Shown piece after piece: positions 37,878-47,611 of a stretch of DNA of 64,000 nt. A model generated the notes under the pieces. That model was not told where the DNA came from, did no database searches, and saw nothing but the letters and a program-made list of their open reading frames with translations. The stretch is from an uncultured Ardenticatenaceae bacterium (GTDB taxonomy: Bacteria; Chloroflexota; Anaerolineae; Promineifilales; Promineifilaceae): positions 45,786-109,785 of the forward strand of contig CAZOPF010000001.1 in NCBI GenBank assembly GCA_964581605.1. The letters are read 5' to 3'. How positions within the stretch are numbered: position 1 is the first letter of the stretch; every line of letters starts with the position of its first letter. Both the position numbers and the translations under genes were made by a program.

Positions 37878-38796
37878 TAAACTTCCGTACCTGGGCCACA
37901 TCAACATGAATTTGGGCTTTTAGTTCGTCTAGGCCGCTGAATTTCTTTTCGGGGCGGATGTGGGCCAGGAATTCCAGGCAAAGTTCCTGATCATACAGGT
38001 CGTCGTCAAAGTCGAGCAGGTGGGCTTCCACAGTCAGGTGCAGGCCATCCACCGTGGGGCGAACGCCGACGTTGGTGGCAGCCCGGTAAGGCGTTTGCCC
38101 CACCCAGGCGGTAGTGGCATAGACGCCGTTGGCAGGGATGACCTGTTCGGGCCAGTAGGCGGTGTTGGCGGTGGGGAAGCCAATGGTACGGCCGCGCTGA
38201 TCACCCCGGACGACAATGCCACGCAGGCGATACGGCCGTCCCAAACACCCATTGGCCTGTTCAATTTCCCCCGCCTGCAAATGGCGGCGGATGCGGCTGC
38301 TGCTCACCCGTTCCCCCTGCCAGGCAACCATATCGTTCACCAGTTCCACCGTGTACCCTTTCTCCTGCCCTAATGCCCGCAAAAAGGGCACATCCCCTTC
38401 GCGCTGATAACCCAGGGCGAAGTTGCCACCCCATAGCTGGCGCATGTCCAGATAGCGGCAAAGCTGGTCCACAAAATCGGCGGCGCGGGTGTGGCGCACT
38501 TCGTCGTTAAAGGGGTGGGTGATAACCACATCCACGCCACAGTCGGCCAGCCACTGTACCCGGTCTTCCAGAGTGGCGATGTAGTATGGCCCGGTGAGAT
38601 TGCGTAAGACACGCTGGGGATGCGGGAAGAAGGTGAGTACGGCCGTGCGCATCCCCCTCTCTCTGGCCACAGCCACCATGCTTTGCAGGACGGCCTGATG
38701 CCCCAGATGCACACCATCAAACGAGCCGATGGCAACCAGAGTTGGGATGCCATTGGGAACCTCGGACAATTGGTTGACGGTTATAAAATCACTCAT
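37870..38796 (-). CDS. ribF: Bifunctional riboflavin kinase / FAD synthetase
   Basis: 308 aa. N-terminal GSFDGVHLGHQAV nucleotidyltransferase motif. C-terminal kinase motif GRTIGFPTAN. Confidence 0.9.
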   Translation of the reverse strand: MSDFITVNQLSEVPNGIPTLVAIGSFDGVHLGHQAVLQSMVAVARERGMRTAVLTFFPHPQRVLRNLTGPYYIATLEDRVQWLADCGVDVVITHPFNDEVRHTRAADFVDQLCRYLDMRQLWGGNFALGYQREGDVPFLRALGQEKGYTVELVNDMVAWQGERVSSSRIRRHLQAGEIEQANGCLGRPYRLRGIVVRGDQRGRTIGFPTANTAYWPEQVIPANGVYATTAWVGQTPYRAATNVGVRPTVDGLHLTVEAHLLDFDDDLYDQELCLEFLAHIRPEKKFSGLDELKAQIHVDVAQVRKFSN

Positions 38797-38828
38797 ACGG
38801 GGGGTATTTTACCAATTTCTGGTTGTTG

Positions 38829-39707
38829 TCATGCAGGATGAAACATTTTATGTGGCTGCCATGTGTGTGCCCCCTGTAACTGCACAACGCCCATGAATGA
38901 GTTATCAGGGGCATAAGCGCGGGCCAAGGGGGCTGGTGGATGTGCTGGCTGCCAGGGGGCAGTCTGCCCCTGCCACAAGTGGGTTGCGTCTGCCTGGCTG
39001 AAGGTGACGGGGGGCAGATGGTGAACGGCCGTGTCCGGCGGCAGCAGGCAGGTGTTCAAGTTTTCAGGTGTTAAGGTGCCCAGAGGGACGGCCGTGTCGA
39101 GCGTGAAATCGCCAACGGCCGTGCGCCGCAGCGCCGCCACATGGCCACCACAATCGAGCATCTCACCCAAATCATGCGCCAGCGAACGAATGTAGGTGCC
39201 GGAAGAGCAAACGACGCGCAGCGTCAGCAAGGGCTGGTTAAAGGCCAGTTGTGCCAGTTCGTAAATGGTGACGGGGCGGGCTTCTATTTCCACCTCTTGC
39301 CCCTGGCGCGCCAGTTTATAAAGCGGTTGCCCCCCTTTTTTGATGGCAGAATAGAGTGGGGGCATTTGTTGAATAGGGCCGCGAAATTGCGCCAGGGCGA
39401 GGGTCAGGTCGTTGGGAGTGAAGTGGCACGGCCGTTCCGCCACCACTTCCCCTTCAGCATCATACGTGTTTGTGCTTTGCCCCAGACGAATGACCACTTC
39501 ATACGTTTTGGGCTGCCCGATCACATACTCCACCAGCCGGGTGGCCCGCCCCAGGCAAACCAGCAGCACGCCGGTGGCCAATGGGTCGAGTGTGCCCGCG
39601 TGCCCCACCCGACGCAGCCCGGCCACTTGCCGCACCCGGTTCACCACATCATGCGAGGTGATGCCGGCGGGTTTATCAATGTTGAGGATACCTTCGGGGA
39701 GGGGCAT
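38829..39707 (-). CDS. truB: tRNA pseudouridine(55) synthase
   Basis: The start is taken at ATG 39707 (MPLPEGILNIDKPAGITSHDVV). Catalytic motif RVGHAGTLDPLATGVLLV. The track extension reads through the GGATATTG repeat. Confidence 0.9.
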   Translation of the reverse strand: MPLPEGILNIDKPAGITSHDVVNRVRQVAGLRRVGHAGTLDPLATGVLLVCLGRATRLVEYVIGQPKTYEVVIRLGQSTNTYDAEGEVVAERPCHFTPNDLTLALAQFRGPIQQMPPLYSAIKKGGQPLYKLARQGQEVEIEARPVTIYELAQLAFNQPLLTLRVVCSSGTYIRSLAHDLGEMLDCGGHVAALRRTAVGDFTLDTAVPLGTLTPENLNTCLLPPDTAVHHLPPVTFSQADATHLWQGQTAPWQPAHPPAPLARAYAPDNSFMGVVQLQGAHTWQPHKMFHPA

Positions 39708-39710
39708 GGT

Positions 39711-39737
39711 GGATATTGGGATATTGGGATATTGGAT
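39711..39737. repeat. Tandem octamer array, (GGATATTG)x3 plus a partial unit
   Basis: Three perfect 8-nt units at 39711-39734, starting 4 nt upstream of the truB start codon. They are followed by AATCTC..GAGATT words. Confidence 0.85.
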
Positions 39738-39770
39738 GCAGCCAGTAGCCCAATCTCTCAAAATTGGAGA

Positions 39771-40772
39771 TTATACCGATTTGTTTTGGCAGCGAATGGC
39801 TTCTTTGCAGGCGGCAACCACCCTTTGTTCGGCTTCAGCCAGGGTGCCAGGCAAAGTACAGCCGGCGGCCAGCGGATGCCCGCCGCCGCCCAGGTTTTGG
39901 GCCACCTCGGCCACATTGTAGGGTGGGCGGCAACGCAGCCCTACCCGGACGCTGCCATCCCCGGTTTCAATGATGACGACGCCCATGGCCGCTTCGTCTA
40001 CATCGGCCAGCATGTTGCTGAGGCCATTGGAGCTGGAACCGGTGTGCCCGGCCGCTTTGCGTTCCTGATGGGTGATAGTTGTCCAGATGAGGCCATCTTC
40101 AAAGCGCATGTTGTTCAGGCCATAACGCCAGAGTTGGATGGTGGATAGCTCTTTGAGGTTGAGCGCCTGGGTTGTCACCAGGGGCAGATCAGCCCCGGCG
40201 GCGACTAAGGTGGCGGCAATATGCAAGGTGTCCGCGCTGGTACCCATGGTGCGGAAGCCCATGGTGTCGGTGACGAGGCCGGTGAGCAGGCAGAGCGCCA
40301 GGTGGGGGTTCAGGTCTACTTCCCAGGCAGCAAACAGGTTATAGAGGATTTCGGTGGTGGACACGGCCGTGTCCATCACCAGGTTGATTTGCCCAAAACG
40401 GGTATTGGTGGTGTGGTGGTCAATGTTGATCAGCGGTGGGCGGGGGAGGGGCAGCGTGGCAAATGCCTGCCCCATGCGCTGCTCGTCGCCACAATCCACG
40501 GCCAGGAGCAAATCAACCGGGCCGCGATAGGGCGGCCGTTTGAGATGGGTGGCTTGCGGCAAAAAATGGAAACGCTCTGGTGCTTTATCATCACACAACA
40601 AGGTGACTTTTTTGTGCCATTGGGAGAGGGCCAGGGCAATGGCCGTTAGCGAGGCAATCGCGTCTCCGTCTGGGCCGGTATGGGTAATCACCACAATATG
40701 CGTGGCCTGCTGAATGGCGGCCTGTATCGTTTCGGCGATAGTGGCGTCTATGTCCGTGTTGGTGGGTGGCAA
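39771..40772 (-). CDS. nrnA: DHH-family phosphoesterase (NrnA-like oligoribonuclease / pAp phosphatase)
   Basis: 333 aa with an apparent TTG start at 40772 and no nearby in-frame ATG. Motifs HTGPDGDAIAS, NIDHHTTN and DHHA1 GGGGHPLAAG. Confidence 0.75.
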   Translation of the reverse strand: MPPTNTDIDATIAETIQAAIQQATHIVVITHTGPDGDAIASLTAIALALSQWHKKVTLLCDDKAPERFHFLPQATHLKRPPYRGPVDLLLAVDCGDEQRMGQAFATLPLPRPPLINIDHHTTNTRFGQINLVMDTAVSTTEILYNLFAAWEVDLNPHLALCLLTGLVTDTMGFRTMGTSADTLHIAATLVAAGADLPLVTTQALNLKELSTIQLWRYGLNNMRFEDGLIWTTITHQERKAAGHTGSSSNGLSNMLADVDEAAMGVVIIETGDGSVRVGLRCRPPYNVAEVAQNLGGGGHPLAAGCTLPGTLAEAEQRVVAACKEAIRCQNKSV

Positions 40773-40782
40773 GGCTCTTCCC

Positions 40783-41157
40783 CTACGGCCGTTCGGCCGT
40801 TTCGTCCACAGCCGGTGGAATGTCGAGCGTGTTCAAAATATCTTCCACTTCCTGAAAATGAACCAGGCGTGGGTCCCAATGAAAATGGAGTTGAGGCGCT
40901 TTGCGCAAACTCATACGGCCGGCCACTTCATGGCGCAAGTAGCCAGTCGCTTTAGCCAGCGTGGCCATCACCTCTTTCTGGCGCGATTCATCCCCCAGCG
41001 CGTTCACATACACATCGGCATGTTCCAATTCCCGGTCAATAGAAACTTCGGTAACGGTTACATCATGCAGGCGAGGATCATGGAGTTCACGCAGAAATAG
41101 TTCGCTTAAAAGCTGCTGCATCTGTTCGGCCGTTCGTTGTTGGCGGATTTTGCTCAT
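40783..41157 (-). CDS. rbfA: Ribosome-binding factor A
   Basis: 124 aa. RTAEQMQQLLSELFLRELHDPRL..VTVTEVSIDRELEHADVYV is typical of RbfA, and the gene sits in the conserved position after infB. Confidence 0.9.
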   Translation of the reverse strand: MSKIRQQRTAEQMQQLLSELFLRELHDPRLHDVTVTEVSIDRELEHADVYVNALGDESRQKEVMATLAKATGYLRHEVAGRMSLRKAPQLHFHWDPRLVHFQEVEDILNTLDIPPAVDETAERP

Positions 41158-41168
41158 GTTATGTGGGA

Positions 41169-41199
41169 GACCTGGCAGGTTTTACAAACCTGCCAGGTC
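41169..41199. repeat. Perfect 14-bp intercistronic hairpin (GACCTGGCAGGTTT family)
   Basis: GACCTGGCAGGTTT - TAC - AAACCTGCCAGGTC, between the infB stop (41205) and the rbfA start (41157). It differs by one base from the arm at 34901-34915. Confidence 0.9.
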
Positions 41200-41204
41200 C
41201 GTCA

Positions 41205-42998
41205 TTACACTTCAACTTTCTTCGTAATAAAGAACTCAATAATGTCGCCGGGCTGGTAATCCTGGCAATTTTCCAGGGCGACGCCAAATTCAAAACCAGC
41301 CTTTACTTCGCGCACGTTTTCTTGCAAATGTTTCAGGCTGGCAATGCGGGCTTCGTGCAGCATCTTGTTATTGCGAACGAGACGGCCGTAAGCATTCCGT
41401 CTCGTCTCACCACTGCGCATGTAGCTGCCTGCAATGTTGCCGATTCCCCGGATTTTGAACACCTGCCGCACTTCTGCTCGCCCAATCACCACCTCTTCGT
41501 AGGTAGGGGCCAACAGACCCTTCATCGCCTTTTCCACATCTTCAAACAGCTTGTAGATGATGTTATAGGTTTTGATCTGCACCCCTTCGTTAATGGCGGC
41601 ATTGCGGGCGATGGGGTCCGCCTCCACATTAAAACCGAGGACAACCGCCTGCGATGCTGAGGCCAGCATCACATCACTTTCGGAGATGTTGCCGGTGCCA
41701 GAGAGCAAAATTTCCAGAGAGACCTCTGCATTATCCTGGCTCATTTTGTTCAGCGTGGAAATGATAGGTTCCAGCGAACCCTGCACATCAGCCTTGACGA
41801 TGAGATTGAGTGTTTTATTCTCCCCTTCCTGCAAGCGGGCAAAAAAATCATCCAGGCTAACGCCCCGCGCCACTACGACGGCCCCGGCTCGTTTTTGTTC
41901 TTCCATTTCGGCGACGATGGCGCGGGCATCTTTTTCATTTTTGACGGTGGCAAACTGCTGCCCGGCACTGGGGACGCCGTTGAGGCCGGAGACGGAGACG
42001 GGGGTGGAGGGGCCAGCTTCATCAATGCGTTTGCCTTTGAAGTCATACATCGCTTTGACACGGCCGTAATACTCCCCAATGAGCAGCGTATCTCCCACGC
42101 GCAGTGTGCCGTTTTGCACTAACAAGGTGCTCACCGGGCCGCGCCCTTTTTCCACCCGTGCTTCCAAAACGGTGCCTGTTGGGCTGGCCTGGGGGTTGGC
42201 GCGGGGGTTTAAGTCGTCTGCCACCAACAGCACCGCACCCAACAAATCATCAATGCCATATTGCTCTCTGGCCGATACTTCCACCACCATCGTATCCCCA
42301 TCCCACTCCTGCGGGACGAGGCCAATCTCTGCCAGCCCTTGCAAAACACGCGGCGGGTTGGCGTTGGGCAAGTCAATTTTGTTCATGGCGACGATGATGG
42401 GCACATTGGCAGCGCGGGCGTGGTCGGCCGCTTCGCGGGTTTGGGGCATCACGCCGTCATCGGCCGCTACCACCAGAATGGCAATGTCGGTTGCCTGCGC
42501 CCCACGCGCCCGCATAGAAGTAAACGCTTCATGGCCGGGGGTGTCCAGGAATGTGATCAGCCGCCCTTCTTTGACCGCCTGATACGCGCCAATGTGTTGG
42601 GTGATGCCGCCTGCTTCACCAGCGGTGACGTTGGTTTCGCGGATAACATCTAGCAATGATGTCTTACCATGATCGACATGCCCTAACATGGTCACAACCG
42701 GCGGACGTGGGGCCAGGCTGCCCTCATCTTCATGCGCCAGCACTTGCCGCCAGATGGGTTTGTCTTCTACGGCCGTGCTTATTTCCTCTTCTTCCTCTGC
42801 TTCCGCCACCGCTTCATATCCCATTTCCTCAGCCACAATGGCGGCGGTGTCAAAGTCAATTTCCTGGTTGATGTTGGCCATGATGCCATTGCTCATCAAC
42901 TCTTTAATCACGTCAATGGGGCTAACCTTCATCAGGTCAGATAAAGCCCTGACGGTAATAAATTCTGGTATCTGGATGGCTGTTTTGGTTTTCGTCAT
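41205..42998 (-). CDS. infB: Translation initiation factor IF-2 (short form, 597 aa)
   Basis: G domain GHVDHGKTSLLD, DTPGHEAF and NKID. The C-terminal IF-2 domains are present. There is no long N-terminal extension. Confidence 0.95.
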   Translation of the reverse strand: MTKTKTAIQIPEFITVRALSDLMKVSPIDVIKELMSNGIMANINQEIDFDTAAIVAEEMGYEAVAEAEEEEEISTAVEDKPIWRQVLAHEDEGSLAPRPPVVTMLGHVDHGKTSLLDVIRETNVTAGEAGGITQHIGAYQAVKEGRLITFLDTPGHEAFTSMRARGAQATDIAILVVAADDGVMPQTREAADHARAANVPIIVAMNKIDLPNANPPRVLQGLAEIGLVPQEWDGDTMVVEVSAREQYGIDDLLGAVLLVADDLNPRANPQASPTGTVLEARVEKGRGPVSTLLVQNGTLRVGDTLLIGEYYGRVKAMYDFKGKRIDEAGPSTPVSVSGLNGVPSAGQQFATVKNEKDARAIVAEMEEQKRAGAVVVARGVSLDDFFARLQEGENKTLNLIVKADVQGSLEPIISTLNKMSQDNAEVSLEILLSGTGNISESDVMLASASQAVVLGFNVEADPIARNAAINEGVQIKTYNIIYKLFEDVEKAMKGLLAPTYEEVVIGRAEVRQVFKIRGIGNIAGSYMRSGETRRNAYGRLVRNNKMLHEARIASLKHLQENVREVKAGFEFGVALENCQDYQPGDIIEFFITKKVEV

Positions 42999-43041
42999 AC
43001 CTTGATTTCCAAATGATGTCGTTCTTAAAGATTAAAGAATT

Positions 43042-43087
43042 AGAGATTGGGGAGGGGAGATTGGTCAATCTCTAATTTCCAATCTCC
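43042..43087. repeat. Inverted word repeat (GAGATTGG / CCAATCTC)
   Basis: AGAGATTGG..GGAGATTGG-T-CAATCTC..CCAATCTCC lies between the ylxR stop (43072) and the infB start (42998). The right arm overlaps the last ylxR codons. Confidence 0.7.
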
Positions 43088-43380
43088 GCTCTCTGAGCCG
43101 GTTGATGTGCCAGAATTTCTGCCAATTCTTCGGCCGTAATCGTTGTTTTTAATGCCTGTGCCAGGATGTCTGGTTTGTGGCCGATTTTTTCCCAACAAGT
43201 TGGCTGGTCGCAAAGATAGGCGCCCCGGCCGTTCCGTTTCCCGGTGGGGTCAACGCTCACACCTGCCTCCGTGTTATGCACGATGCGGGTTAATCGTCTC
43301 TTGTCAAACTTCTGGCGGCAAACCACACAGCTTCGCTGTGGAATGTGCCTGGGGCGGGGCGATGGTTTTTGTTTCGCCAT
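43072..43380 (-). CDS. ylxR: YlxR-family (DUF448) RNA-binding protein
   Basis: 102 aa. Motif RSCVVCRQKFDKRRLTRIV...GRGAYLC. The ATG overlaps the nusA stop (TAATG). Confidence 0.85.
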   Translation of the reverse strand: MAKQKPSPRPRHIPQRSCVVCRQKFDKRRLTRIVHNTEAGVSVDPTGKRNGRGAYLCDQPTCWEKIGHKPDILAQALKTTITAEELAEILAHQPAQRAEIGN

Positions 43381-45314
43381 TATAAGTCTTCGTATTCGTC
43401 CCAGTCATCGCGGCGGCGGCTGCCTTTGCGTTGGCGTTTTACATATACCTCGCCCGCATCCTCGTCATAGACAATTTCTTTGCCTTTGCGTGTTTTCTTG
43501 CTCTTCTTTTTGTCATCGGCCACCTCTTCAAAGGCCGGGGCCGAACGGGCAATTTGCACGGCTGCTTTCTTTGGTTTGGGCTGTGGTTCTGGGGTTACCT
43601 GCACCAGCGGTTGCGAGAGGTCATCCAGAATGGGCACTATCTCTTCAGCGGGGGTCACGGCCGTTTCCGCTTCTGGTTCGGTGACCATTTCCCCGCTTAC
43701 CGCCGGCTCGGCAACGATGTCCATGCGTTCGGCAGCAGGTTCAGGCACGGCCGCACCTGTTTCCACGGCTGCCAGCGTTTCGGGGGCGGCCGTTTCCTCT
43801 GCCAGGGGGGCGGCCGTTTTGCCCTTCTCATACCGCGCCAGATGCTCTTTGGTCGTTTCTAACGCCACATCGCCCAGCCCCTTAAAGCCCAGGAAAACGT
43901 GGTCGCCCATTTCCAAGACCATCAACAAATCACCCACCGTTTCCACGTTGTTATCCAGCAGCAAATTGTGAATACGGCCGGGCAAATCCAGCGCATCCAA
44001 CGGCACCTGCCAGGCATTGTCGGGCACAGTGCGCCGGGCCAGTGCCCGCTTCTTGCGCCAATCTTCGTGTTCGGCCGCCCGCTCGGCAATAATGCGCCCT
44101 TCCACGCCACCCACAATCCGATCCAGGATGTGGTAATCTTCGGAGGTAATCGGCCGTCCTGCTTCCTTTTTTGCTAATACCACACGTGCCTTTTCAATCA
44201 GTTCTGGATTGGCGCGTAAGTGGTTGTCCACCGCCGGATGATCCAGATTTTGCAGCGATTCGGCGGCCGCTTCCGTCAGGCTCTTGATATCAATGCGCCA
44301 GCCAGTCAGTTTGGCGGCCAGCCGCGCATTTTGCCCTTCGCGGCCGATGGCTAAGGAAAGTTGATCATCGGGGACAATGACAACGGCCGTCTTCCCTTCT
44401 TGCGGGTCATCATCCAGAAACACATGCGAAACCCGTGCCGGGCTGAGTGCCTTGGCGATAAAAACACGCTGGTCGCCGTCCCACTCAATCACATCAATCT
44501 TCTCGTCATTCAGTTCGCGCACAATGCTCTGGATACGCACCCCACGCATACCCACACACGCCCCCACCGGATCAACACCAGGCTGGAGCGCCTGCACCGC
44601 CACTTTGGACCGCTGCCCCGCTTCGCGGGCGATGCTCTTAATTTCCACCTGCCCGTTATAAATTTCCGGTACTTCCAATTCCAGCAGGCGGCGCAGCAAA
44701 TTGCGGTGGTTGCGGCTGACAAAAATCTGTGGGCCACGATTGGTGCGGCGCACTTCCAGCACATAGACGCGAATTTTGTCATGCGGCCGGTAGCGTTCAC
44801 GCGGTACTTGCTGGCTCTTGGGCAAAATCGCTTCGGTGCGCCCCAGGCCAATGGTCAGGTTTTGGCCGCTGATGCTCTGCACTGTGCCGTTGACCAGTTC
44901 CCCTTCCCGGCCGGAAAAATCTTCATACAACTGCTCTCTTTCCGCTTCGCGTACCCGTTGCAGCAGCACCTGTTTGGCCGTTTGCGCGGCAATACGGCCG
45001 AAGCCAGCCGTGGTGCTATCAATCATCACCACATCGCCATATTCTGCCTCGGTGTGCCCATTGCGCCGGGCTTCTTCCATCGTCACTTCGGTGCGCCGAT
45101 CCAGGACGGAATCCACGATCTCTTTTTCGGCCAGAATCGTGGGGTCGCCGGTGCGGGGGTCAATTTCCACCACAATGTTTTGTAAATTGCTCACCTGGTT
45201 ATCCCGGCGGTAAGCGGAAACGAGCGCCGTTTTCAGGGCTTCGATTACCTCTTCTTTCGGTAAACCACGTGATTCACAAATTTCATTGAAGGCTAACAGG
45301 AATTCGCTTTTCAT
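43380..45314 (-). CDS. nusA: Transcription termination/antitermination factor NusA with a long C-terminal extension
   Basis: 644 aa. N-terminal domain, S1 ([10 protein letters not shown]) and two KH domains ([24 protein letters not shown]). One HhH-like repeat ([20 protein letters not shown]). Then a ~170-aa acidic/basic tail ending [10 protein letters not shown]...[12 protein letters not shown]. Confidence 0.95.
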   Translation of the reverse strand: MKSEFLLAFNEICESRGLPKEEVIEALKTALVSAYRRDNQVSNLQNIVVEIDPRTGDPTILAEKEIVDSVLDRRTEVTMEEARRNGHTEAEYGDVVMIDSTTAGFGRIAAQTAKQVLLQRVREAEREQLYEDFSGREGELVNGTVQSISGQNLTIGLGRTEAILPKSQQVPRERYRPHDKIRVYVLEVRRTNRGPQIFVSRNHRNLLRRLLELEVPEIYNGQVEIKSIAREAGQRSKVAVQALQPGVDPVGACVGMRGVRIQSIVRELNDEKIDVIEWDGDQRVFIAKALSPARVSHVFLDDDPQEGKTAVVIVPDDQLSLAIGREGQNARLAAKLTGWRIDIKSLTEAAAESLQNLDHPAVDNHLRANPELIEKARVVLAKKEAGRPITSEDYHILDRIVGGVEGRIIAERAAEHEDWRKKRALARRTVPDNAWQVPLDALDLPGRIHNLLLDNNVETVGDLLMVLEMGDHVFLGFKGLGDVALETTKEHLARYEKGKTAAPLAEETAAPETLAAVETGAAVPEPAAERMDIVAEPAVSGEMVTEPEAETAVTPAEEIVPILDDLSQPLVQVTPEPQPKPKKAAVQIARSAPAFEEVADDKKKSKKTRKGKEIVYDEDAGEVYVKRQRKGSRRRDDWDEYEDL

Positions 45315-45350
45315 TGAGTCAAAACCTTATTCAATTTTAGAAAATAGAAA

Positions 45351-45375
45351 CAAAAAAAGTGGGGGCTGCCCACTT
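45351..45375 (-). terminator. Terminator-like hairpin plus U-tract in the nusA leader (possible attenuator)
   Basis: The minus strand reads AAGTGGG-CAGCC-CCCACTT followed by TTTTTTGTTTC. It lies between the predicted promoter (45404-45432) and ATG 45314. Confidence 0.4.
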
Positions 45376-45403
45376 TGCGCATCAATCGCTCAACTAAGTA
45401 GGG

Positions 45404-45432
45404 ATTATAGCACGGCCGTTTGCATCCCGCAA
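45404..45432 (-). promoter_or_regulatory. Sigma70-type promoter for the nusA operon
   Basis: The minus strand reads TTGCGG (45432-45427), a 17-nt spacer, then TATAAT (45409-45404). Confidence 0.45.
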
Positions 45433-45492
45433 AAATATGTGGTTAACACATGGTTAAGATTGGAATTTCAGGTTACAAACGATAGGGTATGA

Positions 45493-45533
45493 GGCTGGTG
45501 GCTGGTGGCAGTGGCTTGTACCAGCCATCAGCC
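45493..45533. repeat. Word-repeat hairpin (GGCTGGT words)
   Basis: GGCTGGTGGCTGG (45493-45505) pairs with CCAGCCATCAGCC (45521-45533) at 12 of 13 positions, with a 15-nt loop. It lies just upstream of the RBS of the gene at 45551. Confidence 0.65.
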
Positions 45534-45550
45534 ACTATGGGAGATACTTT

Positions 45551-46285
45551 ATGAAAATTGCCTTGATTTCGGATATGCACGGCCATGCGATTGCGCTAGA
45601 GGCAGTGTTGGCCGATCTACGGCCGTGCCAGATTGACCAGATCGTTTGCCTGGGCGATGTTGCTACTATCGGTTTTCAGCCAAAACAAACGGTTGATCTG
45701 CTCAAGTCGCTCGATAGTGTGTGTCTCATGGGCAACCATGATGCCGCCTTGTTAGAGCCCCAGCGGGCGGCCGAGTTCCAGATTGCCCCGCCGCTTTTGC
45801 CCAATCTGGCCTGGTGTGGCGGGCAGCTTGCTGCCGAAGGGTTGGCCTTTATACAAACCTTCAAACCGCTGGCCGAGATAGCGTTAGGAGGGCAGGAGAC
45901 CATGCTCTGTTTTCATGGCTCACCACAGGCCAATACGGATCTGATTCTGGCAACAACGCCGGAGGAAGAGCTGGGGAGATTTTTTAACGGCCGTCAGGCC
46001 CTAATCTGGGCTGGCGGGCACACTCATTTACAAATGGTGCGCCAATATAATGGGATGCTCGTTCTCAATCCTGGCAGCGTGGGCAATTCATTTCGTTCCG
46101 CTTATACACCTGGCCATCCACCGATGTTAAACCCCTGGGCGGAATATGCCATCGTTACGTGGCACAAAGGGCAATTGAGTATAGACTGTCGCCGGGTAAC
46201 ATTTGACCTGCCAGCAACTATCGAAGCGATCATTGCCAGCCAGGTTCCCAACCAGGAATGGTGGCTGGCACAATATCGAAGTTGA
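45551..46285 (+). CDS. Metallophosphoesterase (calcineurin-like, YfcE/MJ0936-type)
   Basis: 244 aa with GGGAGA upstream of the ATG. Motifs ISDMHGH, CLGDV, GNHD and GGHTH. Confidence 0.8.
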   Translation: MKIALISDMHGHAIALEAVLADLRPCQIDQIVCLGDVATIGFQPKQTVDLLKSLDSVCLMGNHDAALLEPQRAAEFQIAPPLLPNLAWCGGQLAAEGLAFIQTFKPLAEIALGGQETMLCFHGSPQANTDLILATTPEEELGRFFNGRQALIWAGGHTHLQMVRQYNGMLVLNPGSVGNSFRSAYTPGHPPMLNPWAEYAIVTWHKGQLSIDCRRVTFDLPATIEAIIASQVPNQEWWLAQYRS

Positions 46286-46308
46286 AGGTGGTTTTATCGA
46301 GGTCACAG

Positions 46309-46968
46309 ATGAATATCGTGCATGAGCTATTGCAAAATAATCGCCAATGGGCAGCAGCTATTAAGCAGGAGCATCCAGACTTTTTTGCCAAACTGAGTAA
46401 ACAGCAAAAACCGTTATTTTTTTGGATTGGCTGCTGTGACAGCCGTGTTCCGGCCAATCAAATTATCGGATTGCTGCCCGGTGAGGTGTTTGTGCATCGC
46501 AATATCGCCAATATCGTGAATAGCGCGGATATGAACTGTATATCGGCCTTGCAATATGCAGTGGATTTGTTGCAGGTGCAGCATGTGATTTTGTGTGGGC
46601 ATTATGGCTGTGGTGGTGTACAGGCGGCCGTACACGGCGAAGGCCACGGCATAATTGATTACTGGATTTGGGATATCAAAGCGCTTTTGAACCGGCATGA
46701 GGCGTTGTTGGCCCAGGCACCGGCCGGGCGGCTGGTGGATTTGATGTGTGAGGTGAATGTGATCGAGCAGACCTATGAACTGTGCCGCACGAAGGTAATC
46801 CGGGAAGCGTGGCAGCGCGGGCAGACGGTGCAGGTGCATGGTTGGATTTACGGCATTCACGATGGGCTGCTGCAAGAGGTGATTCCAAAAGTGATCCGGT
46901 CAGGGGATGTGGAACAGGTGTATGAGGCGGCGTTGACGGCCGTAACTCAAAAATATACTGGTAGTTAG
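46309..46968 (+). CDS. can: Beta-class carbonic anhydrase
   Basis: The start is taken at ATG 46309 (MNIVHELLQNN). Zinc and active-site motifs CCDSRVP, HRNIANIV and CGHYGCGGV. Confidence 0.9.
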   Translation: MNIVHELLQNNRQWAAAIKQEHPDFFAKLSKQQKPLFFWIGCCDSRVPANQIIGLLPGEVFVHRNIANIVNSADMNCISALQYAVDLLQVQHVILCGHYGCGGVQAAVHGEGHGIIDYWIWDIKALLNRHEALLAQAPAGRLVDLMCEVNVIEQTYELCRTKVIREAWQRGQTVQVHGWIYGIHDGLLQEVIPKVIRSGDVEQVYEAALTAVTQKYTGS

Positions 46969-47043
46969 CACTGGTGGCTCAACAGGTAAGCTGGTTATTT
47001 TCCGTTATAATCGCGCCGCATTTTAGGATAATTGGAGATAGCT

Positions 47044-47610
47044 ATGTTGTTTCAATTTACTTCACTCGAAATTCCCGAAGTTATCCTTGTGGAAACCCGG
47101 CGTTTTGGGGATGACCGTGGCTTTTTCATGGAGACTTATCGGCAAGCAGAGTTTGCCGCCAATGGCATTCCCGGCCCATTTGTGCAGGATAACTGCTCCC
47201 ATTCCGCGCAGGGAGTGGTGCGGGGGTTGCATTACCAGGTTCCGCCCTATGCCCAGGGAAAATTTTTAGTCGCAGTACAGGGGGAGATTTTTGATGTCGC
47301 GGTAGACATTCGGCAGGGTTCACCCACATTTGGTCAATGGGTTGGAGCGGTGCTGTCAGCGCGTAACGGCCGTATGTTATATATCCCACCCGGTTTTGCG
47401 CACGGGTTCTGTGTCCTGAGCGAATCGGCGACGCTGACCTATAAAGTGACCGATGTCTACATGCCTGCCTACGAGCAAGGCATTTGTTGGAATGACCCGG
47501 CAATTGGCATCAACTGGCCTGTGAGCCACCCTATTCTTTCCGCCCGTGATAAACAATTGCCCTCTCTGGCAGAAAGTGGCAGCCCATTTGTTTGGGTGCG
47601 TGGGAATTGA
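47044..47610 (+). CDS. rfbC: dTDP-4-dehydrorhamnose 3,5-epimerase
   Basis: The track start at 47032 is TTG. ATG 47044 lies 5 nt after GGAGA. Motifs GDDRGFFMETY, RGLHYQ and GEIFDVAVDIRQGSPTFGQW. Confidence 0.9.
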   Translation: MLFQFTSLEIPEVILVETRRFGDDRGFFMETYRQAEFAANGIPGPFVQDNCSHSAQGVVRGLHYQVPPYAQGKFLVAVQGEIFDVAVDIRQGSPTFGQWVGAVLSARNGRMLYIPPGFAHGFCVLSESATLTYKVTDVYMPAYEQGICWNDPAIGINWPVSHPILSARDKQLPSLAESGSPFVWVRGN

Positions 47611-47611
47611 T

